Shown: positions 21,715-32,134 of the stretch, piece by piece | Layout: each line of letters starts with the position of its first letter | Numbering within the stretch: position 1 is the stretch's first letter | Assembly: GCA_036570525.1 (NCBI GenBank) | Contig: DATCYC010000302.1 | Location: 1-54,350, forward strand | Reading direction: 5' to 3' | Source of the DNA: Luteimonas sp. | GTDB lineage: Bacteria; Pseudomonadota; Gammaproteobacteria; Xanthomonadales; Xanthomonadaceae | Length of the DNA: 54,350 bases | Notes under the pieces: generated by a model | The model's input: the letters and a program-made list of their open reading frames with translations, nothing else | Told to the model about the DNA's origin: nothing | Database searches by the model: none | Program-made: the position numbers and the translations under genes

Positions 21715-21973
21715 CGCTCGGTTCAACCATCGGTTGATTCCAGAGAGCGTACGCGAAAACAGCCGCAAGCCGGCCAGCCGCGGGCACTTGACGCAACGGC
21801 AACACTCGCATCGACGGTCCACGTTTCCGCGCGGCGATCGCGTCATGCCGACGGGGGAACCGGCGTGCGCATGATGATTCCGATCGTTTCCGCATTCGCC
21901 AACAGGGCGAACCACGTGCGCCGCGCCCGGCGCGGACAGCCGCGTGTCTGCCGGCGGAGGCGCCCGCCGACCC

Positions 21974-23065
21974 ATGTCGAGTGATCCCGCCACCACTGCA
22001 CACGATCCGCCGCTTGCACCAGGACGCCGCCAGCGGCTGGCCGCGCGCGCGCATGCATGGCGCCTGCTGCCGGCGCTGCAGACTGTGCGCGGGCTGTTCC
22101 GGCGCGACCTCCGGGTCCTCGCCTACCATCGCGTCCGCGGTCTCGATCCCTCGTTCGCGTTCGACCCCGAACTGGTCAGCGCCTCGCCGGCGGATTTCCG
22201 TAGCCAGATGCAACACCTGCGCGACCGGTTCCACCCCGTCTCCTGCCGCGAAATCGTGGCCGCACTCGACGGCGGCTTGGCACTGCCGCGCGATGCGGTG
22301 CTGGTGACGTTCGACGACGGTTACGACGACAACCATGCCATCGCATTCCCCATCCTGCGCGACCTCGGCGTGCCCGCGACGTTCTTCGTCGCCACCGGCC
22401 ATATCGACAGCGGCCTGCCCTATGCCTACGACTGGCTGGCGCACATGGTCGTGACCATGGACGCCGACCGGCTGCGTCTGCCGGACCTCGATCTCGACCT
22501 GCCGCTGCCATCGGACCGCGATGCACGGCGCGCGCTCGTCGGCACCGTGCTCGATCGCCTGAAGTATCTCGACGATGCCGGCCAGCAGGCCGTGATCGAG
22601 GACGTTGAGCTGGAATGCCGCTGCCCGCGGATGCAGGGACACGTCGACTGCCGGCCGATGACCTGGGCCCAGCTGCGCGAAATGCACGCGTCCGGGATGG
22701 AGATCGGCGGCCACGGCGTGCACCACCGGATGCTCGCGAAGCTGCCGGACGGGAAGCTGCAGGCCGAGGTGGCCGAATGCCAGGCCAGGCTGACTGCGGA
22801 GCTTGGCGCGCCGGCAATCGCGATCTCCTACCCGGTCGGCGGCCCCGATGCCTGCGATGCGCGGGTCTTCGACGCGGTACGCGCACAGGGATTCCGGATC
22901 GGCTTCAGCTACGTCAGCGGCACCAGCACGCCGCGGGCCGACAACCGCTACCAGCTGCTGCGCACGCCGGTCGAGACCAGCGTCGACCTGGCCTGGTTCA
23001 AGGGCATCCTCGCGGTGCCCGAACTGTTCTCGCATCCGACCAGACTGAGGGTATATCCATCGTGA
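21974..23065 (+). CDS. Polysaccharide deacetylase (NodB/CE4; IcaB/PgaB-like)
   Basis: VLAYHRV, TFDDGY, ATFFV, EIGGHGVHH and SYPVG. Confidence 0.92.
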   Translation: MSSDPATTAHDPPLAPGRRQRLAARAHAWRLLPALQTVRGLFRRDLRVLAYHRVRGLDPSFAFDPELVSASPADFRSQMQHLRDRFHPVSCREIVAALDGGLALPRDAVLVTFDDGYDDNHAIAFPILRDLGVPATFFVATGHIDSGLPYAYDWLAHMVVTMDADRLRLPDLDLDLPLPSDRDARRALVGTVLDRLKYLDDAGQQAVIEDVELECRCPRMQGHVDCRPMTWAQLREMHASGMEIGGHGVHHRMLAKLPDGKLQAEVAECQARLTAELGAPAIAISYPVGGPDACDARVFDAVRAQGFRIGFSYVSGTSTPRADNRYQLLRTPVETSVDLAWFKGILAVPELFSHPTRLRVYPS

Positions 23066-24336
23066 TGCTGTTCCTGCTGACCTGGCTCGGCCTGGTGCTG
23101 ATCCGCCCCCAGGAGTACCCCGCCCTGGTCGACCTCGCGATCCCGATCCTGCCGATCGCGATGCTGGGCGCGCTCGGAGCCTGGGTGGTCAGCCGCGAAC
23201 GGCGGCCGCTCAACCAGCCGACCTACCTGCTGTTCGCGGCGTTCATCGTCGTGGGCATGGTCACGATGGTGGCCAACGGCTGGGTCGGCGGCGCGCTGGT
23301 CCGCTTCCTCGAGTTCCTGCCGTCGCTGTTCGCCCTGCTTCTCGTGGCGCAGGCCAGCCACTCCCCGAAGAACTGCTTCCGGATCATGTGGATGATCTCG
23401 CTGTGCGCGGTCGTGCTGACAATCCACGGCATCGGGCAGGTGAGGCTCGGCCAGGGCTGGACCGGCATGCCGACCGTGCAGGACGGACGCATCCAGTACG
23501 TCGGCATCTTCAGCGATCCCAACGACCTGGCGATGCTGTTCATCATGGCGGTCCCGATGACGCTGCTGATGGCCGGCCGCGGCGGGCTGCTCGGACTGCG
23601 TCGCGTTTTCTGGTGGGCCGCGGCGCTCACCCTGCTGTACGGCGTCTACCTGACCAATTCGCGCGGCGCCTTCCTCGCGGTGATGGCGATGGCCGCCGTC
23701 TGGCTCTGGCAGCGGCGCGGCGCGGTCATCGCCGGCATCCTGGGCGCGGCGGGCATGGCCGGCATGATGATGCTGCCGACCCGCATGCAGGAACTCGATG
23801 CCGGCGAATCCTCCGCCTACGGTCGCATCGAAAGCTGGTACGACGGCATCCAGATGTTCCTCGCCAACCCGGTGTTCGGTGTCGGTGTCGGCAACTTCAC
23901 CGATCACACCTGGTTGACCGCGCACAACTCCTTCGTCCTGGTCCTGGCCGAAACCGGCATCGTCGGCTACACCGTCTGGCTGGCGATGGTCGGCTACTGC
24001 TTCTGGATGCCGATCGTGGTCCTGCGGCTGCCCGCCGCCATGGACGACCCCACCTACCAGGAGCCGTGGACCCGGGAACGCAAGATGGCGATGACGCTGC
24101 TGATCATGCAGGTCGGGTTCTACACGTGCGCGTTCTTCCTCAGTCGCAGCTACGTCATCCTGCTCTACATCATGCTCGGCCTGGTGACCGGCTGGTATGC
24201 CGGCGCTCAGGAACGCTGGGCGGGCCTGACGACGTTCCGGGTGCAGTCCGACTGGTTCAAATGGTGCGTGGCCTCGGCAGCCAGCACTGTCGGGCTGTGG
24301 CTCATCGTGAAAGTCCTTTTCATACTGGCCGGCTGA
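23065..24336 (+). CDS. O-antigen ligase/Wzy-family polymerase
   Basis: Polytopic membrane protein with DPNDLA, TNSRGAF, R-x3-W, FGVGVGNF and AHNSF..VLAETG. TGATG overlap with the upstream gene. Confidence 0.9.
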   Translation: MLFLLTWLGLVLIRPQEYPALVDLAIPILPIAMLGALGAWVVSRERRPLNQPTYLLFAAFIVVGMVTMVANGWVGGALVRFLEFLPSLFALLLVAQASHSPKNCFRIMWMISLCAVVLTIHGIGQVRLGQGWTGMPTVQDGRIQYVGIFSDPNDLAMLFIMAVPMTLLMAGRGGLLGLRRVFWWAAALTLLYGVYLTNSRGAFLAVMAMAAVWLWQRRGAVIAGILGAAGMAGMMMLPTRMQELDAGESSAYGRIESWYDGIQMFLANPVFGVGVGNFTDHTWLTAHNSFVLVLAETGIVGYTVWLAMVGYCFWMPIVVLRLPAAMDDPTYQEPWTRERKMAMTLLIMQVGFYTCAFFLSRSYVILLYIMLGLVTGWYAGAQERWAGLTTFRVQSDWFKWCVASAASTVGLWLIVKVLFILAG

Positions 24337-25886
24337 TGAACACGCGCAGCACCATCGTCCGAAACACCCTGTTCTCCTCGGTCGGCATCTACACCGAGTA
24401 CTTCCTCGGCATGCTGACGTCGATCATCATCGCGCGCCATCTCGGGCCCGCGGACTTCGGTACCTACAGCCTGGTGATCTGGCTGGTGGCCACCGGCGTG
24501 GTGATCACCAACGCCGGCGTGTCGAGCGCCGTCATCAAGTTCGTGGCCGAGCTTCGCGGGGCCGGCCGCGATGGCCAGATCCGCTCCCTGCTCGCCTGGG
24601 CATGGCGCGTGCAAGCCACGTTCATGGCCGTGGTTCTGGTCGGCGGGACGGTGCTGTTCATGCTGCTCGGGGAGCGGCTGATACCCGACTTCAACCACGG
24701 CGTGCTGCTTGCGATCCTGCTGGTCACGACGGTGCTGCGCGCGCTGTACATGCTCAACATCAGCACCACCAAGGGTTACGAGAACTTCCGCGCGACCGCG
24801 ACCATCGCGGTCATCGGCGCCCCACTCAACCTGCTGCTGATCCTGGTCGTATGGTGGCTTGACGGGCCGATGGAGTGGTTCCTCGGCACCTACACGGTTT
24901 CCAGCCTCGTGTTCTGGTGGATCTCGCGCCGGCAGGTGGCGCCGCTGCTCCCGCCCCCGGAATCGCGCGAACCGCTGGACGACGCCACGCGCAAGCGGCT
25001 GCACAGCTACACGGCCCTGGTCGCGGTCACCGTGGTGGTCAGCTTCATCACCGCGAGCGAGGTCGAAGTGCTGTTCCTGACCCTGTTCGACACCCCGGCA
25101 TCGGCGGGCCAGTTCAAGGTCGCCTACCAGCTGTCGAGCGGCGCCCTGTTGCTGGTTCCGGGGGTGTTCGGCGCCCTGCTGCTGCCGATGATGGCCAGCG
25201 CGCTGGCCCGGGGCCACGAGGTCGCCGCGCGGCGCCTGGCGATGTCGACCACCTACCTGGCCGTGCTGACGGCGCCGCTGGTTGCGTTCGGCGTGGTCTT
25301 CGCGGACGGGATCATCGGCCTGCTTTACGGCGCGAAGTACGAGCCTGCCGCGTTCGCGTTCGCATGCTGCCTCGCCGCGGGCGCGGTGGGCGTGCTGTCG
25401 CAGGGCGCATCGAGCTACCTGCTGGGCTCGGACCGGCAGCGCACGCTGATGATCGTCGTCCTCGCGGGCTCGCTGGTGAAGGTGGCGCTGGACGTCGGCC
25501 TGATCCAGCGCTACGGCCTGACCGGGGCCGTAGCCGCGTACGGCACGACCAGGGTGCTCATGGGGTTGGCCGTGGTCGGCCTTGCGCTGTATCACAGCGG
25601 TGCGCGGCTGGAGTGGAGCCGACTCGTGCGAGCACTGATCGCGGCCGCGCTCGCCGCCGCCGCCGCCTGGACGGTCAAGGGCTTCATGCCGGTCCTGCCG
25701 ACGCTGGCCGCGGGAGGGCTGTTGCTGGCTGCGGTGTACGCCGCCGGCACGCTCCTGCTCGGCTTCTGGAGCGCGGCCGACCTGCGGCAAGTCCAGGAAC
25801 TGCATGCGCGCCTCGCCAGGGGGCGGCCGTTTTTCATCGGCCGCATCCTGGGCTGGGCGGCACGACGCGCGGAGGCTGCGACGTGA
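24336..25886 (+). CDS. Wzx-type oligosaccharide flippase (MOP family)
   Basis: IVRNT...IIARHLGPADFGTYS and about 14 TM segments. TGATG overlap. Confidence 0.9.
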   Translation: MNTRSTIVRNTLFSSVGIYTEYFLGMLTSIIIARHLGPADFGTYSLVIWLVATGVVITNAGVSSAVIKFVAELRGAGRDGQIRSLLAWAWRVQATFMAVVLVGGTVLFMLLGERLIPDFNHGVLLAILLVTTVLRALYMLNISTTKGYENFRATATIAVIGAPLNLLLILVVWWLDGPMEWFLGTYTVSSLVFWWISRRQVAPLLPPPESREPLDDATRKRLHSYTALVAVTVVVSFITASEVEVLFLTLFDTPASAGQFKVAYQLSSGALLLVPGVFGALLLPMMASALARGHEVAARRLAMSTTYLAVLTAPLVAFGVVFADGIIGLLYGAKYEPAAFAFACCLAAGAVGVLSQGASSYLLGSDRQRTLMIVVLAGSLVKVALDVGLIQRYGLTGAVAAYGTTRVLMGLAVVGLALYHSGARLEWSRLVRALIAAALAAAAAWTVKGFMPVLPTLAAGGLLLAAVYAAGTLLLGFWSAADLRQVQELHARLARGRPFFIGRILGWAARRAEAAT

Positions 25887-27238
25887 GCCTGTACGAAAAG
25901 ACCTTCCGCCACCTCCTCTACCCCGGCTACGAGGCCGTGCGTGGAAGGCGCACCCTGCACTACCTGCGCGAGCATGAAGCCAGCCAGTGGCTTCCGCCCG
26001 GACAGATCGCGGAACTGCAGTGGCGCAAGCTGACCTCCCTGGTCGGCCACTGCTGGGAACAGGTGCCCTACTACCGGCAGCGCTGGCAGGAGATCGGCTT
26101 CGAGCCCGGCGACCTGAAGTCGATGGAGGACTACGCCCGCCTGCCGGTGCTGACCAAGGCCGACATCCGCACGAATTTCGACCGGCTCAAGGCGCGCAAC
26201 CTGCAAGGGCAACTGCTCTACAAGGCCACGGGGGGCTCGACCGGCGAGCCGCTGCGCTTCGGCTACACCAGGGAAAGCTACGAGCGGCGGACGGCGGTGA
26301 TGTGGCGTGGCTACGGCTGGACCGGCGCCACGCTGGGGCGACGGGCGCTGTACCTCTGGGGCGGGGCGGTGGGCGAACAGAGCCGGGCCACGGACCTCAA
26401 GGAGCGCCTGTACCACGCAGCCTTCCATCGCCGCATCCTCAACAGCTTCCTGATGCGCGAAGACAACATGGCGGCCTACGCCGATGCCATCGCGGCCTAC
26501 CGGCCCGAGGTCGTCGTGGCCTATGTCGACCCGGTTTTCCGTCTTTCCAAGTGGCTGCTTGCACAGGGCCGCACCATCCGGGGAGTCGGGGTGGTGCTGG
26601 GGGCGGCCGAGGCGCTGCACGATTTCCAGAGGCCCATCATCGAAGCCGCCTTTCCCGGCTCGAGGGCCTACAACACCTATGGATGTCGCGAGTTCATGCT
26701 GATCGCGTGCGAAGCCGGCGACCGCAACGGGCTGCTGGTCAACGCCGACCACCTGGCCGTCGAACTGGTGGACGCTTCGCGCAGGAGCGACGGCAGCGAG
26801 ACCGGAGAGATCGCGATCACCGACCTCCACAACCTTGGGATGCCCTTCATCCGCTATGTCAACGGCGACGTGGCCACACGCAAGGGGCCGTGGCACAGCG
26901 TCGGCCCGCACGGCCTGCCCCGCCTGCAGCGCATCGAGGGACGACGCCTGGACGCGATCCGCACCACCGACGGCAACGTCCTGCCCGGCGAGTTCTTCCC
27001 GCACATGCTCAAGGACGTGACCGGCGTGCGCCGCTTCCAGGTCGTGCAGGACAGCCTCGACCACTTCACCCTGAAAATCGTGCCCGGCCCGGAGTTCGCG
27101 GCGGATCAGGAAGCCTACGTCCGCCGTGAGATCACCAAGGTGCTCGGCAACGATGCGAGCCTCGACCTGCAGCGCGTGGACGACATTCCGTTGACCGCGA
27201 GCGGCAAGTTCCGCGTAACCGTGTCGAGGCTGCCGTGA
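25883..27238 (+). CDS. CapK-like / phenylacetate-CoA ligase-family adenylating enzyme
   Basis: TGGSTGEP, YGCRE, ITDLHN.GMPFIRY..GD, EGRRLD and SGKFR. GTG start overlaps the flippase stop. Confidence 0.9.
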   Translation: MSLYEKTFRHLLYPGYEAVRGRRTLHYLREHEASQWLPPGQIAELQWRKLTSLVGHCWEQVPYYRQRWQEIGFEPGDLKSMEDYARLPVLTKADIRTNFDRLKARNLQGQLLYKATGGSTGEPLRFGYTRESYERRTAVMWRGYGWTGATLGRRALYLWGGAVGEQSRATDLKERLYHAAFHRRILNSFLMREDNMAAYADAIAAYRPEVVVAYVDPVFRLSKWLLAQGRTIRGVGVVLGAAEALHDFQRPIIEAAFPGSRAYNTYGCREFMLIACEAGDRNGLLVNADHLAVELVDASRRSDGSETGEIAITDLHNLGMPFIRYVNGDVATRKGPWHSVGPHGLPRLQRIEGRRLDAIRTTDGNVLPGEFFPHMLKDVTGVRRFQVVQDSLDHFTLKIVPGPEFAADQEAYVRREITKVLGNDASLDLQRVDDIPLTASGKFRVTVSRLP

Positions 27239-28344
27239 GGATCAGCCACGTCGTCGAGAACCTGAACCGCGGCGGGCTGGAGCGCGTCGTCATCGACCTC
27301 GCCATGGCACAGTCGGCGGCGGGCCACGACTGCCAGGTGGTCTGCCTGTTCGAGGCCGGCGCGATGGTCACGGAGCTCGCCGCGGCCGGCGTCCCTGTCA
27401 TCACCTGCAACAAGCGCGACGGCGCCGACCTCCGCGCCGTCCTGCGGATGCGCCGGGCAATCGCCTCGCATGGCACCGAGGTCCTGCACAGCCACAACGG
27501 CATCGCGCACTACTACGCCACGCTGGCGGCCTTGGGCCTGGGCGTGCGGCGGGTGGTGAACACCCGGCACGGCATGGGCTGCGTCAACCCGCAGAGCCGG
27601 CGCGAATGGCTGTTCCGGCAGGCGATGCGGCTGACCGACGTGGCGGTCGCGGTCTCCAAGTCCGCCGGCCAGCGCCTGGTCGAACTGAAGTCGACGCCTC
27701 CCGACAAACTGCGGATCGTGCCCAACGGCATCCATGCCGGGCCGTTCCGCGAACGCAACGATGCCGAGCGTGCCCGACTCGCAGGCAGCCTCGGCCTGCC
27801 GTCGACGACGCAGCTGGTCGGTTTCGTCGGCCGCCTCAACTGGGCAAAGGACCTCGTGATCCTGGTAGACGCATTCGCGCGGGTATGCGCGCGCCGCAGC
27901 GACGCGGCGCTGGTCCTGGTCGGCGAGGGCGAAGAGCGCGCGGCGATCGAGGCAGCCATCGCGCGCGCGGGTATCGGCGACCGCGTGTTCCTGCTCGGCG
28001 ACCGGGGCGACGTCCCGGATCTGCTGCCGGCGTTCTCGATGTTCGCGATGTCCTCGATCTCGGAGGGCTATTCGATCGCCCTGCTCGAAGCCTGCGCATG
28101 CGCACTTCCGATCGCCGCGACGCGGGTCGGCGGCAACGCGGAGATCGTTGCCGACGATGTCAATGGCCTGGTAGTGCCGCCGAGCGACCCCGAGGCGCTG
28201 GCGGACGCGATCGGGCAGTTGCTCGGCGACCCGGGGCGCGCCTCGGCCATGGGCCGCGCAGGCCGCTCCTGGCTGCTGTCGAACGCGACGTTCGATGTGA
28301 TGGCCACGCGCTACCAGGCCGTGTACGCGGACAGGCCGGCATGA
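27235..28344 (+). CDS. Glycosyltransferase, GT4 family
   Basis: GGLER, VPNGI, VGRL and EGYSIALLEA (EX7E). Confidence 0.93.
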   Translation: MRISHVVENLNRGGLERVVIDLAMAQSAAGHDCQVVCLFEAGAMVTELAAAGVPVITCNKRDGADLRAVLRMRRAIASHGTEVLHSHNGIAHYYATLAALGLGVRRVVNTRHGMGCVNPQSRREWLFRQAMRLTDVAVAVSKSAGQRLVELKSTPPDKLRIVPNGIHAGPFRERNDAERARLAGSLGLPSTTQLVGFVGRLNWAKDLVILVDAFARVCARRSDAALVLVGEGEERAAIEAAIARAGIGDRVFLLGDRGDVPDLLPAFSMFAMSSISEGYSIALLEACACALPIAATRVGGNAEIVADDVNGLVVPPSDPEALADAIGQLLGDPGRASAMGRAGRSWLLSNATFDVMATRYQAVYADRPA

Positions 28345-29489
28345 AGATCCTCGCGCTGACCAACCTGTTCCCCAGCGCCTGGGACCCGCTGCGCGCCAGC
28401 TTCAACCGGCAACAGTTCGACCGCCTGGCGGAGCACCACGACCTCGAAGTGCTGGTGGCGATCGACTTCCACAGCCGCTGGCGCGGCCCCGCCGGGCAGC
28501 CGCCGCAGTTGCGGCACGCGCGCAGCTCGGACTTCACCTTCTGGTATCCGCCCAGGGTCGGCCGCAGCCTCCACGGGCTGGCCTGGTATGCCTGTCTGCT
28601 GGCGCAGCACGGCAGGCGGCTCCGCACCGAGGGCTACGACCTGCTTCTCGCCAGCTGGGGCTATCCCGATGCGGTGGGCACGCGCTGGCTCGCCAGGCGC
28701 CTGGGACTGCCCTACGTGGTCAAGGTGCACGGCAGCGATCTCAACGCCCTGGCCCCGTCCGGCATGCGCCGCAGACAGGTCGTCACCGCGCTGCACGACG
28801 CCGCCGCCGTGATTTCGGTCAGCCGCGCGCTGGGCGACAAGGCGACCGAACTGGGCGTGCCCGCCGAGCGGCTCCACGTGATCTACAACGGCGTCGACGC
28901 TGCGCTGTTCCGACCCGGCGACCGGGCCGACGCCCGCGGTGCCCTGGGCCTGCCGTCGTCAGGCCGTGTCGTGCTCTATGCCGGAAACCTGAAGCCGGAA
29001 AAGGGCTGCTTCGACCTGCTGGATGCGTTCGCGTCCGCGCCGGACATGCCTGCCGACTGTCGCCTGGCCTTCGTGGGCGACGGACCCGCCCGCTCCGCGC
29101 TGGCCCGGCGCCGCGACGAGCACGGACTCGGCGAACGGGTGATCCTGGCCGGCGCGCGACCCCATGCCGAACTGCCGACGTGGATGCAGGCCGCCGACCT
29201 GCTCTGCCTGCCAAGCCACAGCGAGGGCGTTCCAAACGTGGTGCTGGAAGCCATGTCCTGCGGGCTTCCGGTGGTCGCGACCCGCGTCGGCGGCATCCCC
29301 GAGGTGCTTCCGGACCTGGCGGGCATCATGGTCCCTCCGCGCGACGTTCCTGCGCTCGCCGCGGCGCTCGCCGAGTCGATGTCACGCGACTGGTCGACCG
29401 CGGCGATCACCAGCCACGCCGGCAGGTTCACCTGGAACGACAACATCACCAGGCTGGATGGCGTCCTGCGCGCATCCGTCGGACAGTGA
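28341..29489 (+). CDS. Glycosyltransferase, GT4 family (TuaC-like)
   Basis: HGSDL, YNGVD and EGVPNVVLEA. Confidence 0.93.
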   Translation: MKILALTNLFPSAWDPLRASFNRQQFDRLAEHHDLEVLVAIDFHSRWRGPAGQPPQLRHARSSDFTFWYPPRVGRSLHGLAWYACLLAQHGRRLRTEGYDLLLASWGYPDAVGTRWLARRLGLPYVVKVHGSDLNALAPSGMRRRQVVTALHDAAAVISVSRALGDKATELGVPAERLHVIYNGVDAALFRPGDRADARGALGLPSSGRVVLYAGNLKPEKGCFDLLDAFASAPDMPADCRLAFVGDGPARSALARRRDEHGLGERVILAGARPHAELPTWMQAADLLCLPSHSEGVPNVVLEAMSCGLPVVATRVGGIPEVLPDLAGIMVPPRDVPALAAALAESMSRDWSTAAITSHAGRFTWNDNITRLDGVLRASVGQ

Positions 29490-29502
29490 GACCCCACAAG
29501 GC

Positions 29503-30165
29503 ATGACCGTGCAACCCAGATCCCGCAAATCCCGCCTCCTTGGACTGCTGCCGTCGCGGCTGGTGATGACGCGGCTGCCGTCCAGGGGCAAGCGGCTGTA
29601 CCTGACCTTCGACGACGGGCCCGACCCGGAGCACACGCCGCGGGTGCTGGACATCCTGAAACGCCATGGCGCCAGCGCGTCGTTCTTCCTGGTCGGCAAA
29701 CAGATCGCGCGGCATCCCGAAGTGGTGCGGCGGATCGTGTCCGACGGGCACCGAATCGGCAACCACTCCTGGAGCCATCCGCTCATGACCCGCCTGCCGC
29801 TGGCGGGGCAGATCGACGAGATCGCCCGCACCGACGAGGCCCTGGCCGCCTTCGATGGCCTGGAGCGGCACCTGTTCCGCCCGCCCTCCGGCGCGCTGCC
29901 CCTCAACCTGCTGCTGCACTTCGCCCGCGAACGCAGGACGCTGGCCTACTGGTCCTACGACAGCCATGACTACGCGCGCCTGCCGGCGCAGGCGCTGCTG
30001 CCGAGGATCCACTCCAGGCCGCCCAGCGCGGGCGACGTGGTCCTGATGCACGACGACAACATGGACACCGTCGAGGTCCTCGCCGAACTCCTGCCGGAGT
30101 GGCTGCGCCAGGGCTACTCCGTGCAGGCGATGCCCGTGCCCTCCAGGCCGCGGAGCACGTCATGA
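29503..30165 (+). CDS. Polysaccharide deacetylase (NodB/PgdA-like CE4)
   Basis: LTFDDGP, GNHSWSH, FRPPSG and VVLMHD. Confidence 0.95.
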   Translation: MTVQPRSRKSRLLGLLPSRLVMTRLPSRGKRLYLTFDDGPDPEHTPRVLDILKRHGASASFFLVGKQIARHPEVVRRIVSDGHRIGNHSWSHPLMTRLPLAGQIDEIARTDEALAAFDGLERHLFRPPSGALPLNLLLHFARERRTLAYWSYDSHDYARLPAQALLPRIHSRPPSAGDVVLMHDDNMDTVEVLAELLPEWLRQGYSVQAMPVPSRPRSTS

Positions 30166-31352
30166 GCTGGACCGGCATCCTCGCGCTGGCCTTGCTGCTG
30201 GCCATCCTGGCGCCGGCCCTGGTCGCCTGGCGCTTCATCCGCGCGCGCAACATGCAGATCTGGTTGCCGCAGTGGATCTTCCGGAAGCGACTGCCCAAGC
30301 CGTCCGGCACGACCCACGTGCTGTTCTGCTTCGTGGACCACTTCGAGCCGATGCACGGCAAGGTCGGCCTGGAGCGGCAGCGGGCCAGGGTGGACCGTTG
30401 GTGCCGGGACTACCGGGCGATGGCGGGCCGCCACCGCGACGCCGACGGCCGCCCGCCGCAGCACGGCTTCTTCTATCCCGAGGAAGAGTACCTGGAAGAG
30501 CACCTGGCCAAGATCGAGTCGCTGTGCAGGGACGGCTACGGCGAGATCGAGGTGCACCTGCACCACGACAACGACACCGAGGACAACTTCAGGAGCAGCA
30601 TCACCCGGTTCAAGACCCTGCTGCACGAGAAGCATGGCGCGCTGCCGGTGCATCCGGAGAGCGGGGAGATCGGCTTCGCGTTCATCCACGGCAACTGGTG
30701 CCTGGACAATTCGCTGCCGGGCGGCGGCTGGTGCGGCCTCGACAACGAACTGACGCTGCTCCGCGAGCTCGACTGCTACGCGGACTTCACCATGCCCTCG
30801 GCGCCCAGCCCGACGCAGACCACCACGATCAACTCCATCTACTACGCCACCGACGACCCCGTCAGGCCGAAGTCGCACGACACGGGCACGCCGGCACGGG
30901 TGGGCGTCCCCGGCCGGGGCGATCTCCTGCTCGTCCAGGGCCCGCTCGGCCTGAACTGGCGCGACCGCAGGCACGGCATCATCCCGCGCATCGAGAACTC
31001 CGACATCCGCGCCAACTATCCGCCCACCCCGGCGCGCGTCGACGGCTGGATCGACGCGGGAATCCACGTCCAGGGCAGGCCGGAATGGCGCTTCGTCAAG
31101 ATCCACACCCACGGCGCGCCGGAATCCGAGGCCGGCGTCGTGCTCGGGCCGCAGGTCGATGCCATGTTCAGCTACCTCGAGGACAGGTACAACGACGGCG
31201 AGCGCTACGTCCTGCACTACGTGACCGCCCGCGAGGTCCACAACATCATCAAGGCCGCGGAGGCCGGCCACGGCGGCGATCCGAACGACTACCGGGACTT
31301 CATCCTGCCTCCCCCCCGCAGTTCGTTCGCCGGGCAACGGAGCCGGGCATGA
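30162..31352 (+). CDS. Membrane-anchored hypothetical protein, possibly a metal-dependent carbohydrate-modifying enzyme
   Basis: N-terminal TM; VDHFEP, EIEVHLHH, FIHGNW and KIHTHGA motifs; overlaps with both neighbours. Confidence 0.75.
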   Translation: MSWTGILALALLLAILAPALVAWRFIRARNMQIWLPQWIFRKRLPKPSGTTHVLFCFVDHFEPMHGKVGLERQRARVDRWCRDYRAMAGRHRDADGRPPQHGFFYPEEEYLEEHLAKIESLCRDGYGEIEVHLHHDNDTEDNFRSSITRFKTLLHEKHGALPVHPESGEIGFAFIHGNWCLDNSLPGGGWCGLDNELTLLRELDCYADFTMPSAPSPTQTTTINSIYYATDDPVRPKSHDTGTPARVGVPGRGDLLLVQGPLGLNWRDRRHGIIPRIENSDIRANYPPTPARVDGWIDAGIHVQGRPEWRFVKIHTHGAPESEAGVVLGPQVDAMFSYLEDRYNDGERYVLHYVTAREVHNIIKAAEAGHGGDPNDYRDFILPPPRSSFAGQRSRA

Positions 31353-32134
31353 GCGACAACGCCAACGGACGGCTGGTCAGCGTGGTCATGCCGCTCTACA
31401 ACGCGGAGAAGTTCGTGCGCCGGTCGATGGAGTCCGTGCTTGCGCAGACGCACCAGCTGCTCGAGCTGATCGTCGTCGACGACGGGTCCACCGATTCATC
31501 GCTGTCCGTCGCATCTGCGATCGCGGATGCCGACGCGCGCGTGCGCCTGCTCCGGAACGAACGCAACCTCGGCGTGGCGGCAACGCGCAACCACGCCCTG
31601 GAAGTCGCGCGCGGCAGGTACGTCGCCTTCCTCGACAGCGACGACCGGTGGCTTCCGGGCAAGCTGCAACTGCAGATCGCGGCCATGGACGCCGCCGGTG
31701 CCGCGGCAAGCTACGGAACCTACCAGCGGGTCGCCGAGGATGGCCGATGCCTGAACCTGGTGGTTCCCCCCGCCTCCCTGAGCCACCGCGACATGCTGAA
31801 GAGCAACCGGATCGGGCACTCCACCGGAATGTACGACCGGCACGCGGTGGGCGACGCCGCCAGGTTCCAGCCCATCGGCCACGAGGACTACGCGTTCTGG
31901 CTCGACCTGCTCCACCAGGGCGGGCCGGCGGTGGGAGTGGGCGGAAGCGAGCCGGTTGCCTGCTACCTGGTGAGGGACGGCTCCATTTCCAGCAACAAGG
32001 CGCGCGCGGTGAAGTGGCAGTGGCACATCTACCGCAGGCACCAGGGCCTGGGCCTGCTGGCCAGCGCCTGGTACATGGCCAACTACGCGACGCTGGCCGT
32101 CATGAAGCGCCGCTCTCCACGGGTCGCAACATGA
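31349..32134 (+). CDS. Glycosyltransferase, GT2 family (TuaG-like)
   Basis: VSVVMPLYN, VDDGSTD, FLDSDD and HEDY. Confidence 0.94.
   Translation: MSDNANGRLVSVVMPLYNAEKFVRRSMESVLAQTHQLLELIVVDDGSTDSSLSVASAIADADARVRLLRNERNLGVAATRNHALEVARGRYVAFLDSDDRWLPGKLQLQIAAMDAAGAAASYGTYQRVAEDGRCLNLVVPPASLSHRDMLKSNRIGHSTGMYDRHAVGDAARFQPIGHEDYAFWLDLLHQGGPAVGVGGSEPVACYLVRDGSISSNKARAVKWQWHIYRRHQGLGLLASAWYMANYATLAVMKRRSPRVAT

Noticed and set aside
22615-32130. Long N-terminal extensions in the ORF track for wzy, wzx, the capK-like gene and the glycosyltransferases
   Set aside because: They overlap upstream genes in other frames. True starts sit at stop/start overlaps (23065, 24336, 25883, 28341, 31349, 32131).
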